Notes: a model not told the origin generated them from the letters alone. A stretch of 64,000 nucleotides of DNA from Nitrospirota bacterium (GCA_963663225.1 OY760142.1:448001-512000), one strand, 5' to 3'; positions 30,652 to 42,008 are shown, counted from the stretch's first letter. Numbers and translations: made by a program.

Positions 30652-32075
30652 TAGATACGATCATCCCCTTTTCGTGTTGCCATGAAGGAAAAAAATTCCT
30701 TTCCCTCCCTGACTCGACGAAAGAATTCATGCCTGTCCTGAAGCATTTCTTTCAAAATTCTGAGAACAGGGCGCGGCCTCAAATAAAATCTCCGGTAAAA
30801 CCGCTCCATCGATTCAAAAATATATTCAGCCGGCAGATCTTCATATGAAATCACCGCATTCTGCACTCCATTATTCAGCAGCTGTTCTCCTTCCTGTTTG
30901 ATCCATCCTTCCTGCATTCCTTGTTTGTAAATCTCGGTGCCTGGATAGGGAGCTACCAAAGACACCTGGATACTATAGGGATCAAGCTCCAGTGCAAATT
31001 GCATCGTTTCTTCTATTGTCTCGGCCGTTTCTCCCGGCAAGCCAAGAATGAAGGCTCCATGCACAAGGATCCCCAGCTCTTTTGTCGCTTTCATAAATTC
31101 GCGCGCTTGAGTGAGATGAATACCTTTTTTTATATTATTTAAAATTTTTTGATTACCGGACTCAAATCCAACAGTAAGCAATCTTAGCCCGCTATCTTTG
31201 AGTGATTTAAGTGCATCTTTACGCACGTTCGCCCTCGCGTTACAAGACCACGTGATACCCAGCGGTTTCAGCATCTTCGACAGTGCCACAACCCGTTCTG
31301 GTTCTTCTGTCAGCGTATCATCATCGAAAAAAAATTCTTTCACCGCCGGAAATAATTGTTTGGCAAGCAGCATTTCCTCATATACATTCTGAATGCTTCT
31401 CACCCGGTATGCATGGCCTGATATTGTTTGGGGCCACAAGCAATAGGTGCAGCGGGCGCGACAACCGCGGCCGGTATAAATGGAGACGTAGGGATGCTGC
31501 AAATAGCCGTTGTAGTAATTTTCGATATTAAGATCCCTGGCATAAATGGCGCTTGCAAAAGGAAGGGCATCCAGATTTTCTATAAGCGGCCTGTCAGGAG
31601 TTCGTATCAGCCCTTTTTTATCGCGAAAAACAACCCCTTTTACTTTTCGAAATGACGTTCCCGACGCTATTTCAGCAATGGAATAGTCGAATTCTCCCGT
31701 CGTTACGAAATCCAGATCCCATGACAGGTCCATTGTTTCAAGGGGACGTACCATCGTGTGCGGACCAACAAGGCCAATTTTTACCTGGGGATATTTTTTT
31801 TTCAGGGTTTCCGCCAATTTGACATCATGTGAAACTGTCGGCGTGCTCGTGCTTATTACGATCAAATCAAAACCTTCTGCAAGACGCACAACATCCACAG
31901 CGTTTAGCCCATCAGCCGGAGCGTCGACCAACCTGCTTTCTTTAATCATGCCTGCGGGATATGCCAGCCACGTCGGATACCAGAAAGATCGAATTTCACG
32001 CCTGGCTTGGTAGCGGGAGCCAGCGCCTCCATCAAATCCTTCATATGAAGGCGGATTAAGAAGTAATGTGCGCAT
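30651..32075 (-). CDS. hpnJ: Hopanoid biosynthesis radical SAM protein
   Basis: LNPPSYEGFDGGAGSRYQA, CRARCTYCLWPQT. Confidence 0.92.
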   Translation of the reverse strand: MRTLLLNPPSYEGFDGGAGSRYQARREIRSFWYPTWLAYPAGMIKESRLVDAPADGLNAVDVVRLAEGFDLIVISTSTPTVSHDVKLAETLKKKYPQVKIGLVGPHTMVRPLETMDLSWDLDFVTTGEFDYSIAEIASGTSFRKVKGVVFRDKKGLIRTPDRPLIENLDALPFASAIYARDLNIENYYNGYLQHPYVSIYTGRGCRARCTYCLWPQTISGHAYRVRSIQNVYEEMLLAKQLFPAVKEFFFDDDTLTEEPERVVALSKMLKPLGITWSCNARANVRKDALKSLKDSGLRLLTVGFESGNQKILNNIKKGIHLTQAREFMKATKELGILVHGAFILGLPGETAETIEETMQFALELDPYSIQVSLVAPYPGTEIYKQGMQEGWIKQEGEQLLNNGVQNAVISYEDLPAEYIFESMERFYRRFYLRPRPVLRILKEMLQDRHEFFRRVREGKEFFSFMATRKGDDRI

Positions 32076-32149
32076 TATAGGTCTCCAGACAAAGACATAA
32101 TTAGTGTTTGAATTTCATCCAATATTCGCGTTGATGCTTTACAACTGCG

Positions 32150-33154
32150 TTAAAAGAAGTAACTGATGCCGCCAAGAACCACATCGGCATCGCGATCGTA
32201 TGTAGTCACGATACGGTCCCAAGAAGCTCTTATCCCCCAGTGCTCGAAAAACTTATAATTACCTGATAAGGTAACGATTCCTGACAAGCATCCATCATGC
32301 TCACCATCTTGTTGTCTGGCTTGATGGTTTATGCTTAAATAAACGCCGCCCCCGATGCCGATCGAAAAACGGTCATCGAAAAACGATCTCACACCCCATA
32401 ATTCGGAAACGATCCCGTTTCTTCGGAGCACCTCATTCCCTCCTTCGTTCAACCAGGAAATGGTCCAATCCATATACGGGAAAAGGCGTCTGCGGTATTC
32501 AATGCTTCTTGCGTTGGCAAGTTCCGACCCAAAGCTATTGACAATAGTTCTGCCCAAAAATAGAGTGATCTCATTTTTTGCCGGTTCTATCCGCCTGGAC
32601 GGTGGTGAACCGCCGGTTGTCGTCAACGACTTAGAGAGAGGGTCAAACCTGTATCCAATTCCGGTAAGCAAAGATACCGTGTCGTAACTTGATATCGCCT
32701 GGCTCCAGTTTGAGCGAACCAGGACATACCATCTGTCCGTCAAGTACCAAAGCGCGTCGCAGCTCATAATGATGCCCCAGGCATGTTCGTTGCTCCAATC
32801 GGCATTTTCTGTGGCTCTGGTCGTGTCGTAATAAAAAAAAGGGCCGATCCCCGCTGAAAGAACTAGGCGCTTGTCAAGCAACGGCGCGCGAGCCCATACT
32901 TGAACGGCATGCCCATCTCTGTGATGGCGCTCAAGATGACCCTCGTTCAGGTAAGAGATGCTGAACGCGTAATAGTCGCCGAATCCTTCGCGATATTCTA
33001 CCTGCCACGCATAGGAGCGATCATATGAATTGGTGTAGTCGTGCATAGCGCCGCCCAGAACAGACAGTTCCTGGGCTCCAACTGGACACACGCCAAGTAA
33101 AGCAATAAAGCTCCATAGCGCTGCTATTTTAATTTTTGCTATAAAATCACTCAA
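32150..33154 (-). CDS. Putative outer-membrane beta-barrel protein
   Basis: Signal peptide; alternating aromatic strands; two similar halves (SYLNEG/SWLNEG); terminal Phe. Confidence 0.65.
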   Translation of the reverse strand: MSDFIAKIKIAALWSFIALLGVCPVGAQELSVLGGAMHDYTNSYDRSYAWQVEYREGFGDYYAFSISYLNEGHLERHHRDGHAVQVWARAPLLDKRLVLSAGIGPFFYYDTTRATENADWSNEHAWGIIMSCDALWYLTDRWYVLVRSNWSQAISSYDTVSLLTGIGYRFDPLSKSLTTTGGSPPSRRIEPAKNEITLFLGRTIVNSFGSELANARSIEYRRRLFPYMDWTISWLNEGGNEVLRRNGIVSELWGVRSFFDDRFSIGIGGGVYLSINHQARQQDGEHDGCLSGIVTLSGNYKFFEHWGIRASWDRIVTTYDRDADVVLGGISYFF

Positions 33155-33182
33155 TTCTTCTAGAAATATTCCTTTATTTTTT

Positions 33183-33821
33183 TTAAAAATATTTCGCAGC
33201 TATTTTTGCTTCTTTTACCGCGCTGATCATGGTTCTTCTTAACTGTTCCGATTCAGGATGTATTCCGTCGCATTGAATAATTATTGACTCTATATTCTCA
33301 ATCCCCATGAAGTTCATAATGAAATTGAAATAGGAGACCGTAAATTTTTCATGCTTTCCGGCGTAAAAACCATTCGACGAGTGAATATGCAGACATTTCT
33401 TACCCTGATCTTTTAACAAACCTTCATGCCCTGATGCCGTAAATTTGAACGTTTTGCCCGCAACGCAGATGGAGTCAATATAAATATTGAATTGCGCGGG
33501 AAAGCCTATGTTCCACTGCGGTGTGGCAAATACGTATTTGTCTGCTTTGGCAAATTGCTCGCTCAACCGCCAAATGCGGAATATCTTATGTCTTTCATCT
33601 GCTGTTAATGCTGCTATCGCTTGATTGTGCAGCAGCTTCTCATGAGCATTTAAAACATCTTCGTCGACTCTTTGAATATAATCTCGATAAATATCAAATT
33701 GATCGATCTCATCATGACCATTCCATTTCATATATTCGGTCAAAAATTCAGAACCGACAAAAAGGCTCGGGGATTTATCCAAGGGCTTTAGGTCACAGGT
33801 GATATAAAGAAGTTTTGCCAT
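33183..33821 (-). CDS. azoR: FMN-dependent NADH-azoreductase-like protein
   Basis: ADKYVFATPQWN, YID...AGKTFKFT..G..GLL motifs. Confidence 0.75.
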   Translation of the reverse strand: MAKLLYITCDLKPLDKSPSLFVGSEFLTEYMKWNGHDEIDQFDIYRDYIQRVDEDVLNAHEKLLHNQAIAALTADERHKIFRIWRLSEQFAKADKYVFATPQWNIGFPAQFNIYIDSICVAGKTFKFTASGHEGLLKDQGKKCLHIHSSNGFYAGKHEKFTVSYFNFIMNFMGIENIESIIIQCDGIHPESEQLRRTMISAVKEAKIAAKYF

Positions 33822-34058
33822 GGAGGTCGCCTCCTTACTTCCATATTGTTTCTTCCCGATCTTTAATCAAGGAAGTCGTCTGGCAAAAAATTTATTGCGC
33901 TATTGTTTTCCCCGTCTATCCACCGTCCGCCACTCAGTACGATCAAGGCGTCTCCATGTTCAGGCAAATCCTGATAGATGCACGGTTCCGCATAGCGTTG
34001 AAATTTACTTTTTTTTGCTGATACGATGCACAGGAATCTGCTTTTTTGTGAAATCTAT

Positions 34059-34075
34059 AGCCATTATTGTGCCAA
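34059..34075 (-). promoter_or_regulatory. sigma54 promoter for the azoR-hpn genes
   Basis: TTGGCACAATAATGGCT (GG-N10-GC); divergent sigma54 activator next door. Confidence 0.6.
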
Positions 34076-34214
34076 TAATTAAATCAATAAAAACAGCAAT
34101 TTATAATTCTATTTTCATTTTAAATACGCTATTACGTAAAAGTATTGTTATATATAGTAAAAAGGCATACAATTACCTCATAACGTAATTTGCATTTATT
34201 ACTACTGAGGTGGA

Positions 34215-35792
34215 GTGATGAAAGAAGTAAACAGAGAGGAATTTTTCCGTGAAATAACTGTCAGAATTTGCAGCAGCCTTCAAATTAAAACTGCGTTAGA
34301 GAACGTTTTCGAATACCTAAAAAATCACATTCCTCTCGATGATCTCATCCTTGGCATCCGCGATGTTAACCTCTCGGCAATAAGAATGATCAGCGATGTT
34401 ACAACAGGAATGATTGAACCCTTCGATGAAATAATTCCTATTCCCAAAGACCTCTGGGCGCGGGTTATGTCTTGGAATAAAAGAGGCCCCGTTATTATCA
34501 ATTCACTAGAAGACAGAGGCGATATCCAGCGCGCTCTCTTCTCTCTTTTAAACAAGAAATATGTGCCGTGCTCTGAAATTACTTTGCCGATCTGGATAGA
34601 AGATGAGAATCTTGGCTTTTTGCTGCTTCGTGTAAAGGGAGAAGGAAAGTATTCGTACTACCATGCGAAGTTGATGGAAAGCGTTTCTGAACCCATAGCC
34701 ATTGCACTAGCAAACGCGCTGGCTCATGAAAAATTGCTGCATTATCGGGACATTCTCATTGATGACAACCGGTTCTTAAAAAATGAGCTTCATCCGCTAA
34801 TGGATGATGAAATCATCGGCGGTAATTCTGGGCTTAGGAACGTTCTCGAGATGGTCCGGCAGGTCGCACCGCTCAACAACTCAGTCCTGCTGTTCGGAGA
34901 AACTGGCACAGGCAAAGAAGTGATAGCCAACGCCATACATTATGCATCTCATCGTAAAGACGGGCCCTTTATCAAGGTAAACTGCGGTTCTATCCCGGAA
35001 ACACTTATTGACAGTGAGCTGTTTGGTCATGAGAAAGGATCTTTTACCGGCGCTATTGCCGAGAAACGAGGACGGTTTGAACGAGCAGACGGTGGTACAA
35101 TTTTCCTGGATGAAATAGGTGAGTTGCCGCAACAAGCGCAAGTGCGGCTTCTTCGCGTGCTTCAAACGCGGGAAATAGAACGAGTCGGCGGAAACAAGCC
35201 TATCAAAATTGATATACGGGTAATCGCCGCCACTCACCGAAATTTGGAAAGTATGGTGTCCGAGAACAGGTTCCGCGAAGATCTCTGGTTCCGCTTAAAT
35301 GTTTTCCCCATCGTGATCCCTCCACTTCGGCAACGAAAAGAAGATATTCCATCACTCGCCCGTCATTTTGCTGCCCAAAAATCAATCGAACTTGGCATTT
35401 CCAACCCTCCAGTTATTGCTCCGGGCGCGTTGCAACACCTTATGGATTATGACTGGCCGGGAAACGTTCGAGAATTGGAAAATCTAATAGAAAGAGAATT
35501 AATTCGCCTCCGCGGTGGCTTGGAGGGGTATATTACCTTCGACTCCCTGCTGCCAGTTCGAAAACAGTCACCAACAGTCACCCTACAGAAGGATACAGTT
35601 GCCCTTGCAGTGTTAAACCTTGATGATGTCAATGCTATGCACATTAGTAATGTCTTAAAAATAACCAAGGGTAAAATTCACGGCCCGGGCGGTGCGGCAG
35701 AGCTGCTGGGAATTAATGCCAATACACTAAGAGGACGAATGGATAGACTGGGTATAAAATATGGCCGCACCAGAGGAAGTTATTTTTTATGA
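34215..35792 (+). CDS. sigma54-dependent activator (GAF-AAA+-Fis HTH)
   Basis: GETGTGKE, GSFTGA, LDEIGE, FREDL.FRL, WPGNVRELEN and GAAELLG motifs. Confidence 0.93.
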   Translation: MMKEVNREEFFREITVRICSSLQIKTALENVFEYLKNHIPLDDLILGIRDVNLSAIRMISDVTTGMIEPFDEIIPIPKDLWARVMSWNKRGPVIINSLEDRGDIQRALFSLLNKKYVPCSEITLPIWIEDENLGFLLLRVKGEGKYSYYHAKLMESVSEPIAIALANALAHEKLLHYRDILIDDNRFLKNELHPLMDDEIIGGNSGLRNVLEMVRQVAPLNNSVLLFGETGTGKEVIANAIHYASHRKDGPFIKVNCGSIPETLIDSELFGHEKGSFTGAIAEKRGRFERADGGTIFLDEIGELPQQAQVRLLRVLQTREIERVGGNKPIKIDIRVIAATHRNLESMVSENRFREDLWFRLNVFPIVIPPLRQRKEDIPSLARHFAAQKSIELGISNPPVIAPGALQHLMDYDWPGNVRELENLIERELIRLRGGLEGYITFDSLLPVRKQSPTVTLQKDTVALAVLNLDDVNAMHISNVLKITKGKIHGPGGAAELLGINANTLRGRMDRLGIKYGRTRGSYFL

Positions 35793-36353
35793 TTTCATAA
35801 TGCCACCATTTCGTTTATAAGCGACGTACGCTATCAGGACATGTAAATTACCCTTGCAATTTTAACAATCATGATCATACGATAACTTTATTTTATTTCC
35901 TTTGAACTGGTCTTAAAATATTTCTAATTATTTATTTGTTTAGCATAATCAATGTTTACCCTTACAATGTCAGGGACGTTACGAAACATTCGAAAAATGG
36001 TAATAGCCGTTTACGGCTCGCCTTTTGGCTTGTAGCTGCTGTCGCAGCCAAGATGGCGCGTGTCTTATATGGCCTTATAAAGACTAGGCCCTTTCTGAGA
36101 TAATCTTTTCCCTTTGATAATCTGGCGAATATTTTCTTCAAAAGTATGACAGTCACATTACTTTTTATTAGCATATTTTAGCCCCTGTTTTATTGGGCTG
36201 CGGTTATTTAACAGTTTGTCCAAGACCTCGACTCTATAGAAGTATTCTGATTGTATTTCATACGTAACATAGCTTCGCGCAATATCCCATATAATAATGT
36301 TACAATTTTCACTTAAACAAAGGTGAACAAATTCTATCTATATAATAGATAGC

Positions 36354-36692
36354 TCAGAGCGCTGATGAAGATAACGATATATTCAATACACACTCTATGC
36401 AATCTTTTAAGGAGCATATTCCGCACGAATGCGACATCACGACCGGTATTTTTTTTGATTTGGCTACGCTCAGGGCTATTATTTTGGTCCCATGCGATAT
36501 CTTGTTAGTAAAAATCACAACTGCATCCTGATTTTGAATTTTTGTGTCAAGTTTTACAGCTTTCTTTGTATATACCGTCAGCTTGACTCCTGATTGCTCA
36601 GCGGCACTGACATAGTGCCTGCGCAGCCGATCTATTCCTCCGATAAGGGCGATATTGATTAAGTCTTTTTTGTCTGGCTCTGTTTTAGTCAT
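36354..36692 (-). CDS. DUF2325-family protein
   Basis: IGG..RL...Y, VIFTNKISH, SHSCG pattern. Confidence 0.7.
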   Translation of the reverse strand: MTKTEPDKKDLINIALIGGIDRLRRHYVSAAEQSGVKLTVYTKKAVKLDTKIQNQDAVVIFTNKISHGTKIIALSVAKSKKIPVVMSHSCGICSLKDCIECVLNISLSSSAL

Positions 36693-36712
36693 GGCATCAT
36701 ATTCTTGGTCAT

Positions 36713-37861
36713 TTAGTCTTTTGCGACATCCAGCGCTCTTCGTAAATCATTTTTGATGTCTTCTACATCTTCAAGACCTACTGACAATCGAATCAATCCG
36801 TCGGTAATACCCCTCTTTAAACGTTCTTGCTTCGGCATGGCAGCGTGAGACATGGTCGCTGGATAGGAAAGAATGCTTTCCACACCACCGAGACTGACTG
36901 CTACAAGAGGAATTTTCACACTACGGAGAAATGACCGGGCCGTTGCGCCGTCCTCTAGCTCAAACGAAACAACAGCACCGCCACCGATTGATTGCTTTAA
37001 ATGAATTTCCCGTCCGGGATGATGAGGAAGCGTGGGATAATAGACGCTCACTATATCAGCCTGCTCCAGGAGCCAGTGTGCCAGCTCCACCGCAGCCTTT
37101 TGCTCTGTTTCAACTCGCGGCACCAGAGTCTTTATTCCCCGCATTAAAACCCAGCTGTCAAATGGCCCGAGTACGGCGCCGAAAGCATTTTGTATTTTTT
37201 TTATCTTGTCCGCGATACCATTATCCTTCACCACGACAACACCAGCGAGAAGATCACTGTGCCCTCCGAGAAATTTTGTGGCGCTGTGTATCGAGATGTC
37301 AAACCCGATTTCGAGAGGACGCTGCAAATACGGCGTCATAAATGTGTTATCAATAATAGTCAGAAGCTTTTGTTCGCGCGCAAGCTGGACTGTTGCGTGA
37401 AGATCCGTAATCTTCAGGAGCGGATTCGACGGAGTTTCCACAAAAATCGCTTTTGTTTCTGAAATCAGGGCTTTCTTTATGTTATTTATATCAGTTGTAT
37501 CTACAAACGTGCTCTTAAGGCCCCACTGCTCAAAGAGCGTTGTCAGAACGCGGTAGGTTCCTCCATAAACATCGGAAGATACCACAAGATGATCTCCCGG
37601 TTTAAAAAGCATGAATACGGACGAGATGGCCGCCATCCCAGAAGAGAATGCAAATCCACGGCAGCCGGATTCAAGAATAGCAACCGTGTGTTCAAGCGCT
37701 TCTCTTGTCGGATTATTACCGCGGCTATATTCATATGATCCGAAATCAACCGGGTCTTTTTGTGCGAACGTCGATGCCGTATATATCGGTACACTAGATG
37801 CTCCGGTATAGGGATCGATATCCTTTCCGGTATGAAGTATCTTTGTTCGGTAATCCATCAT
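36713..37861 (-). CDS. Cys/Met metabolism PLP enzyme (cystathionine beta/gamma-lyase-like)
   Basis: YSRGNNPTR, ETPSNP, DNTF, HSATKFLGGHSD, SLGG.ES motifs. Confidence 0.88.
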   Translation of the reverse strand: MMDYRTKILHTGKDIDPYTGASSVPIYTASTFAQKDPVDFGSYEYSRGNNPTREALEHTVAILESGCRGFAFSSGMAAISSVFMLFKPGDHLVVSSDVYGGTYRVLTTLFEQWGLKSTFVDTTDINNIKKALISETKAIFVETPSNPLLKITDLHATVQLAREQKLLTIIDNTFMTPYLQRPLEIGFDISIHSATKFLGGHSDLLAGVVVVKDNGIADKIKKIQNAFGAVLGPFDSWVLMRGIKTLVPRVETEQKAAVELAHWLLEQADIVSVYYPTLPHHPGREIHLKQSIGGGAVVSFELEDGATARSFLRSVKIPLVAVSLGGVESILSYPATMSHAAMPKQERLKRGITDGLIRLSVGLEDVEDIKNDLRRALDVAKD

Positions 37862-39054
37862 TTTAGTCCTTGCTTCCCGGCCATTCCGCCCAATGCCTGT
37901 GCCAAATCATCGATCAGGTCATCGACATGCTCAACTCCGATTGAAAGGCGTAGTAGACGGTCATTTATTCCGAGCCGTTCGCGTGTGCCTACGGGAATGT
38001 CGGCGTGCGTCTGTACTGCGGGAAACGTAATCAAAGATTCAAGTCCTCCCAGGCTTTCCGCATAAAGGAATATCTTCACCCGTTCAAGAATCTCGGGTAT
38101 AAGTGCGGCGTTATCGACTTCGAACGATATAACGGCACCGAAACCTCTGAACTGTCTACCGAACAGATGGTGCATCGGACCGTTTTCCAGCCCGGGATAA
38201 TAGACGCGCCTGACCCTTAGTTGATCCTTTAGCCAACTTGCGATCAGCATCGCGTTTTCCTGTTGCCTCGACAGTCTGAGTGGCAGGGTCTTGAGCCCTC
38301 GCAGAACGAGCCAGGAATCCAGCGGTCCCAGCACCGCTCCTGCTGCATTCTGAAAAAAACCTATTTGCTCGGCAAATTCTGGTGATTTTACCACGATAAT
38401 TCCTGCCACAACATCGTTGTGACCCGAAAGATACTTACTGGCGCTGTAAACAACAATATCGGCACCAAGATCAAGCGGTTTCTGGAGTAGCGGCGTACAG
38501 AACGTGTTGTCTACAATTGTAAGGACGCCATGATCTCTCCCGAATGCCGCAATGGCGCGGATGTCCGCAATCTTCAGCAGAGGATTCGTCGGGCTCTCGA
38601 TAAAAATCGCCTTGACACCGGTTGCCATAGTCTGTTTCACAGTATCCGTATCTGACGTGTCAATACAGACGGATTTGATACCGAAATGAGCATACCCCTT
38701 TTCAAGAAGACGAATGGTTCCTCCGTAGGGGTCCTCGGTAATTGCGATCTTGTCACCGTGCTTGAACAACCGCAGAACACAGTCGATTGCCGCCATCCCT
38801 GACGAGAAGGCAAAGGCTTTGCTGCCATTGTCAAGCGTAGCCATGGTCTCTTCCAGCGCCTGCCGGGTAGGATTTACCGTCCTCGAATAGTCATATCCTG
38901 TGCTTTTCCCAAGGCCCGGATGTCTGAAGGTTGCCGTCTGATAGATGGGCATCGAAACCGCTCCCGTCCGCTCCTCCCACCTGCTGCCGGCCTGGGCCAG
39001 CAGTGTTTCTATCTTCATCGTGTTTACTATCCTTTCATGAATTTGTTGTTCCAT
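37858..39054 (-). CDS. Cystathionine gamma-synthase-like PLP enzyme
   Basis: PIYQTATFRHP, YSRTVNPTR, SASKYLSGHND, QTHADIP motifs. Confidence 0.88.
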   Translation of the reverse strand: MEQQIHERIVNTMKIETLLAQAGSRWEERTGAVSMPIYQTATFRHPGLGKSTGYDYSRTVNPTRQALEETMATLDNGSKAFAFSSGMAAIDCVLRLFKHGDKIAITEDPYGGTIRLLEKGYAHFGIKSVCIDTSDTDTVKQTMATGVKAIFIESPTNPLLKIADIRAIAAFGRDHGVLTIVDNTFCTPLLQKPLDLGADIVVYSASKYLSGHNDVVAGIIVVKSPEFAEQIGFFQNAAGAVLGPLDSWLVLRGLKTLPLRLSRQQENAMLIASWLKDQLRVRRVYYPGLENGPMHHLFGRQFRGFGAVISFEVDNAALIPEILERVKIFLYAESLGGLESLITFPAVQTHADIPVGTRERLGINDRLLRLSIGVEHVDDLIDDLAQALGGMAGKQGLK

Positions 39055-39142
39055 TCACGAGAAATCCTCATAATGTACAGAAAAAAAACGGCGGCAATCG
39101 AATGCACAAACAGAAAATGCACGTTTAAAAAGGCGGTTATAT

Positions 39143-40072
39143 TCATAACTCCTGAAACATCGGCGTACTAAGATATCGCTCGCCGGTGTCCGGAAGCACT
39201 GCTACAATTAATTTGCCCTTGTTTTCAGGCCGTTTCGCAATCTGAAGCGCCGCGAATGTTGCGGCTCCTGATGATATTCCAACAAGCAATCCCTCGGTCC
39301 TGCTCAAAAGCCTGCCTGTTTCAATTGCTTCTTCATTCTTTACCTTGAACACTTCATCGACAATTTTTGTATTCAATACCTGTGGAACAAATCCGGCACC
39401 GATGCCTTGAATTTTATGCGGTCCCGGCTGTCCTCCAGACAATACTGGAGAATCGAACGGCTCAACAGCCACCACTTTAAATCCGGGTTTCTTTGCTTTA
39501 ATGATTTCTCCCACACCGGTAATAGTGCCACCCGTGCCCACACCGCCCACGAGAATATCGATCGCCCCATCAGTGTCTTCCCATATCTCTTGTGCGGTTG
39601 TTTCTCGGTGGATCTGGGGATTGGAAGGATTTTTGAACTGCTGCGGTACAAATGAATTAGGAGTCTGGGCAGCAAGCTCTTCGGCTTTTTCTATCGCCCC
39701 TTTCATGCCTTTTGCACCGGGAGTCAGAACAAGTTCTGCACCGTATGCCTTCAGGAGATTCCGGCGTTCCACGCTCATAGTGTCAGGCATGGTCAAAATA
39801 AGCCGATACCCGCGCGCCGCTGCGACAAACGCAAGGGCAATCCCGGTATTGCCGCTCGTCGGTTCAATAATCACCGTGTCTTTCTTAATTAATCCTTTTT
39901 CTTCCGCATCCTTAATCATGCTGAAACCGATTCTATCTTTTACACTTCCGCCAGGATTGAATGATTCAAGCTTCGCCACCACTTTTGCATCAATTCCTTT
40001 GCTTACTCGCTGCAAATGAAGCAGCGGAGTTTTGCCGATGATATCTGTCAGATTACTGTAGATCTTGCCCAT
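39143..40072 (-). CDS. cysK: Cysteine synthase A
   Basis: [40 protein letters not shown] motifs. Confidence 0.96.
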   Translation of the reverse strand: MGKIYSNLTDIIGKTPLLHLQRVSKGIDAKVVAKLESFNPGGSVKDRIGFSMIKDAEEKGLIKKDTVIIEPTSGNTGIALAFVAAARGYRLILTMPDTMSVERRNLLKAYGAELVLTPGAKGMKGAIEKAEELAAQTPNSFVPQQFKNPSNPQIHRETTAQEIWEDTDGAIDILVGGVGTGGTITGVGEIIKAKKPGFKVVAVEPFDSPVLSGGQPGPHKIQGIGAGFVPQVLNTKIVDEVFKVKNEEAIETGRLLSRTEGLLVGISSGAATFAALQIAKRPENKGKLIVAVLPDTGERYLSTPMFQEL

Positions 40073-40162
40073 TACAGTCTTCTCCTTTTTTGTTGGATTT
40101 TTGATTAAACCGTATTCTACAAAAACTGCACATTATGTATCTTTCGCTTTAGTCTTCTATTT

Positions 40163-40178
40163 AGCAAGCGCCATGCCA
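40163..40178 (-). promoter_or_regulatory. sigma54 promoter for the cysK operon
   Basis: TGGCATGGCGCTTGCT on the minus strand. Confidence 0.8.
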
Positions 40179-40307
40179 CAAAAAACCACAATTAAACAAT
40201 ACATTTGATAAATACCCTGACTCTAAGTTGATTGTTTTTAATACAACATATTATTCCATAAACATCACTCCTTTCAAAGGAAGCTTCTATTTCCTCTCCT
40301 GAGTCTT

Positions 40308-41192
40308 TCAAGACCGCATTCCCCATTTATAGACGGTATATCGCTCAAGAACGCGAAAAATGAAGTTCTCAAAGAGAAAACCTACAAGGATAACAGTAAA
40401 CAGCCCAGCGAACACGGAGTCTGTTTCAAGCTGGTTCTTTTTTTCATAGATAAACCAGCCCAGCCCGCCGGATCCGGAACTCACGCCAAAGACTAGTTCA
40501 GCGGCAATCAGAGTGCGCCACGCAAATGCCCAGCCGATTTTCAGACCGGTAACAATACTCGGAAATGCCGCAGGTATCAATATTTGGACAACGTAGCGCA
40601 GACCGGTGAGTCCGTAGTTTCTTCCCACCAGGCGCAGTGTGGGAGTAATGCCGGAAAAACCGGAAAGCGTATTGAGCGCTATCGGCCAGAGTACAGCATG
40701 AATAAGAACAAACACGATGCTGGGTGTACCGAGGCCGAACCACAGCAGTGCCAGCGGCAGCAAAGCAATGGCCGGCAGAGGATTGAACATGGACGTAAGC
40801 GTATCCAGCAGATCGGCGCCAATACGGGAGCAGATCGCAAATATGGAAAGTGTGGCAGCCGCAAGAATGCCGCCTGCATAACCGGTAAACAGAACTTTGA
40901 GCGATACAAAAATCCGAGATATAAGCTCTCCGCTTGCGAGCGCATCAAAAAGGGCCATTATCATTGTACTAAAACTCGGAAGCAGCAGGTCGTTGTTCAG
41001 CCAGCCAGCGTAGATTTGCCACAGAAATGCCATCAGGACAAGAAGAGCAATTTTTCTGACCAGCCCTATCTCCCAGACACGCCTTCCCAGTGACAGTGGC
41101 TGCTTCGTTTCTTCGGAGGTCGTGAATTCTTTTTCTGAAATAATATGTTCTTTCACCAAAACATCTGCTGCTATCGATTCATTTCTGCTCAC
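40308..41192 (-). CDS. NitT/TauT-family ABC permease
   Basis: NPLPAIALLP and AWRTLIAAEL...GLGW motifs. Confidence 0.9.
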   Translation of the reverse strand: MSRNESIAADVLVKEHIISEKEFTTSEETKQPLSLGRRVWEIGLVRKIALLVLMAFLWQIYAGWLNNDLLLPSFSTMIMALFDALASGELISRIFVSLKVLFTGYAGGILAAATLSIFAICSRIGADLLDTLTSMFNPLPAIALLPLALLWFGLGTPSIVFVLIHAVLWPIALNTLSGFSGITPTLRLVGRNYGLTGLRYVVQILIPAAFPSIVTGLKIGWAFAWRTLIAAELVFGVSSGSGGLGWFIYEKKNQLETDSVFAGLFTVILVGFLFENFIFRVLERYTVYKWGMRS

Positions 41193-41207
41193 ACCGCTCC
41201 CCCCAGC

Positions 41208-42008
41208 TCATATACTGTAGTCAAATGCATCTTTAAATAATATCTTTCGTATCCGCTCACTGATGCTATTAAAAAGTTCATTCCCTGCCCTGCCGAGATC
41301 GGATACATTTACCATAAGTTCGGCCCGAATCCTTCCCGGGTGCGGCGAGAGCAGAATAATGCGATCGCCAAGCAGGACTGCTTCCGGAATGGAATGAGTG
41401 ACAAAAAGCATTGTGAATTGTATTTCATTCCAGAGTGCCAGAAGTTCATCCTGCATCTTTTGGCGTGTCAAGGCATCGAGAGCCGCAAAAGGTTCATCCA
41501 TCAAAATTATTTCCGGTTTCATGGCCAGACAACGCGCAATGGCAACACGCTGTTTCATGCCACCCGACAATGTATGAGGGTAGGCATGAACAAATTTTTC
41601 AAGTTTCACCTTGCGCAGAAAATGCAGAGCCTGCTCTTCTGCCTCCGGTCTCTTCATCTTTCCGCTTGCGGTCAACGCGAACACCACGTTTTCCTTGACT
41701 GTTTTCCAGGGAAACAGCTGGTCGAACTCCTGAAAGACCATGACCCTGTCCGGACCGGGCCCGCTTATTATGCGGTTTTCCCGCAGGATACAACCTACAG
41801 TCGGTTTTAGATGTCCGGCGATTGCTTTTAACAAGGTCGATTTTCCGCAGCCTGAGGGCCCCAGGAGTACAAGGCGGTCCGAGCGAAATACATCAAAGCT
41901 TACATCCCGTACTGCAGTGACCAGATGATCCCGGGTCTTGTACTGCAACGTAACGTCCTTTGCGCTCAGGACCGGATCTGTCCTGTCGGATGCAATGATA
42001 TCGTTCAT
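41208..42008 (-). CDS. NitT/TauT-family ABC ATPase
   Basis: GPSGCGKST, LSGGMKQR, DEPFAALD, VTHS motifs. Confidence 0.92.
   Translation of the reverse strand: MNDIIASDRTDPVLSAKDVTLQYKTRDHLVTAVRDVSFDVFRSDRLVLLGPSGCGKSTLLKAIAGHLKPTVGCILRENRIISGPGPDRVMVFQEFDQLFPWKTVKENVVFALTASGKMKRPEAEEQALHFLRKVKLEKFVHAYPHTLSGGMKQRVAIARCLAMKPEIILMDEPFAALDALTRQKMQDELLALWNEIQFTMLFVTHSIPEAVLLGDRIILLSPHPGRIRAELMVNVSDLGRAGNELFNSISERIRKILFKDAFDYSI

Noticed and set aside
33880-33898. Plus-strand sigma54 promoter TGGCAAAAAATTTATTGC
   Set aside because: GG-to-GC spacing is not 10 nt.
35962-36174. 70-aa minus-strand ORF
   Set aside because: No recognisable motif; AT-rich intergenic context.
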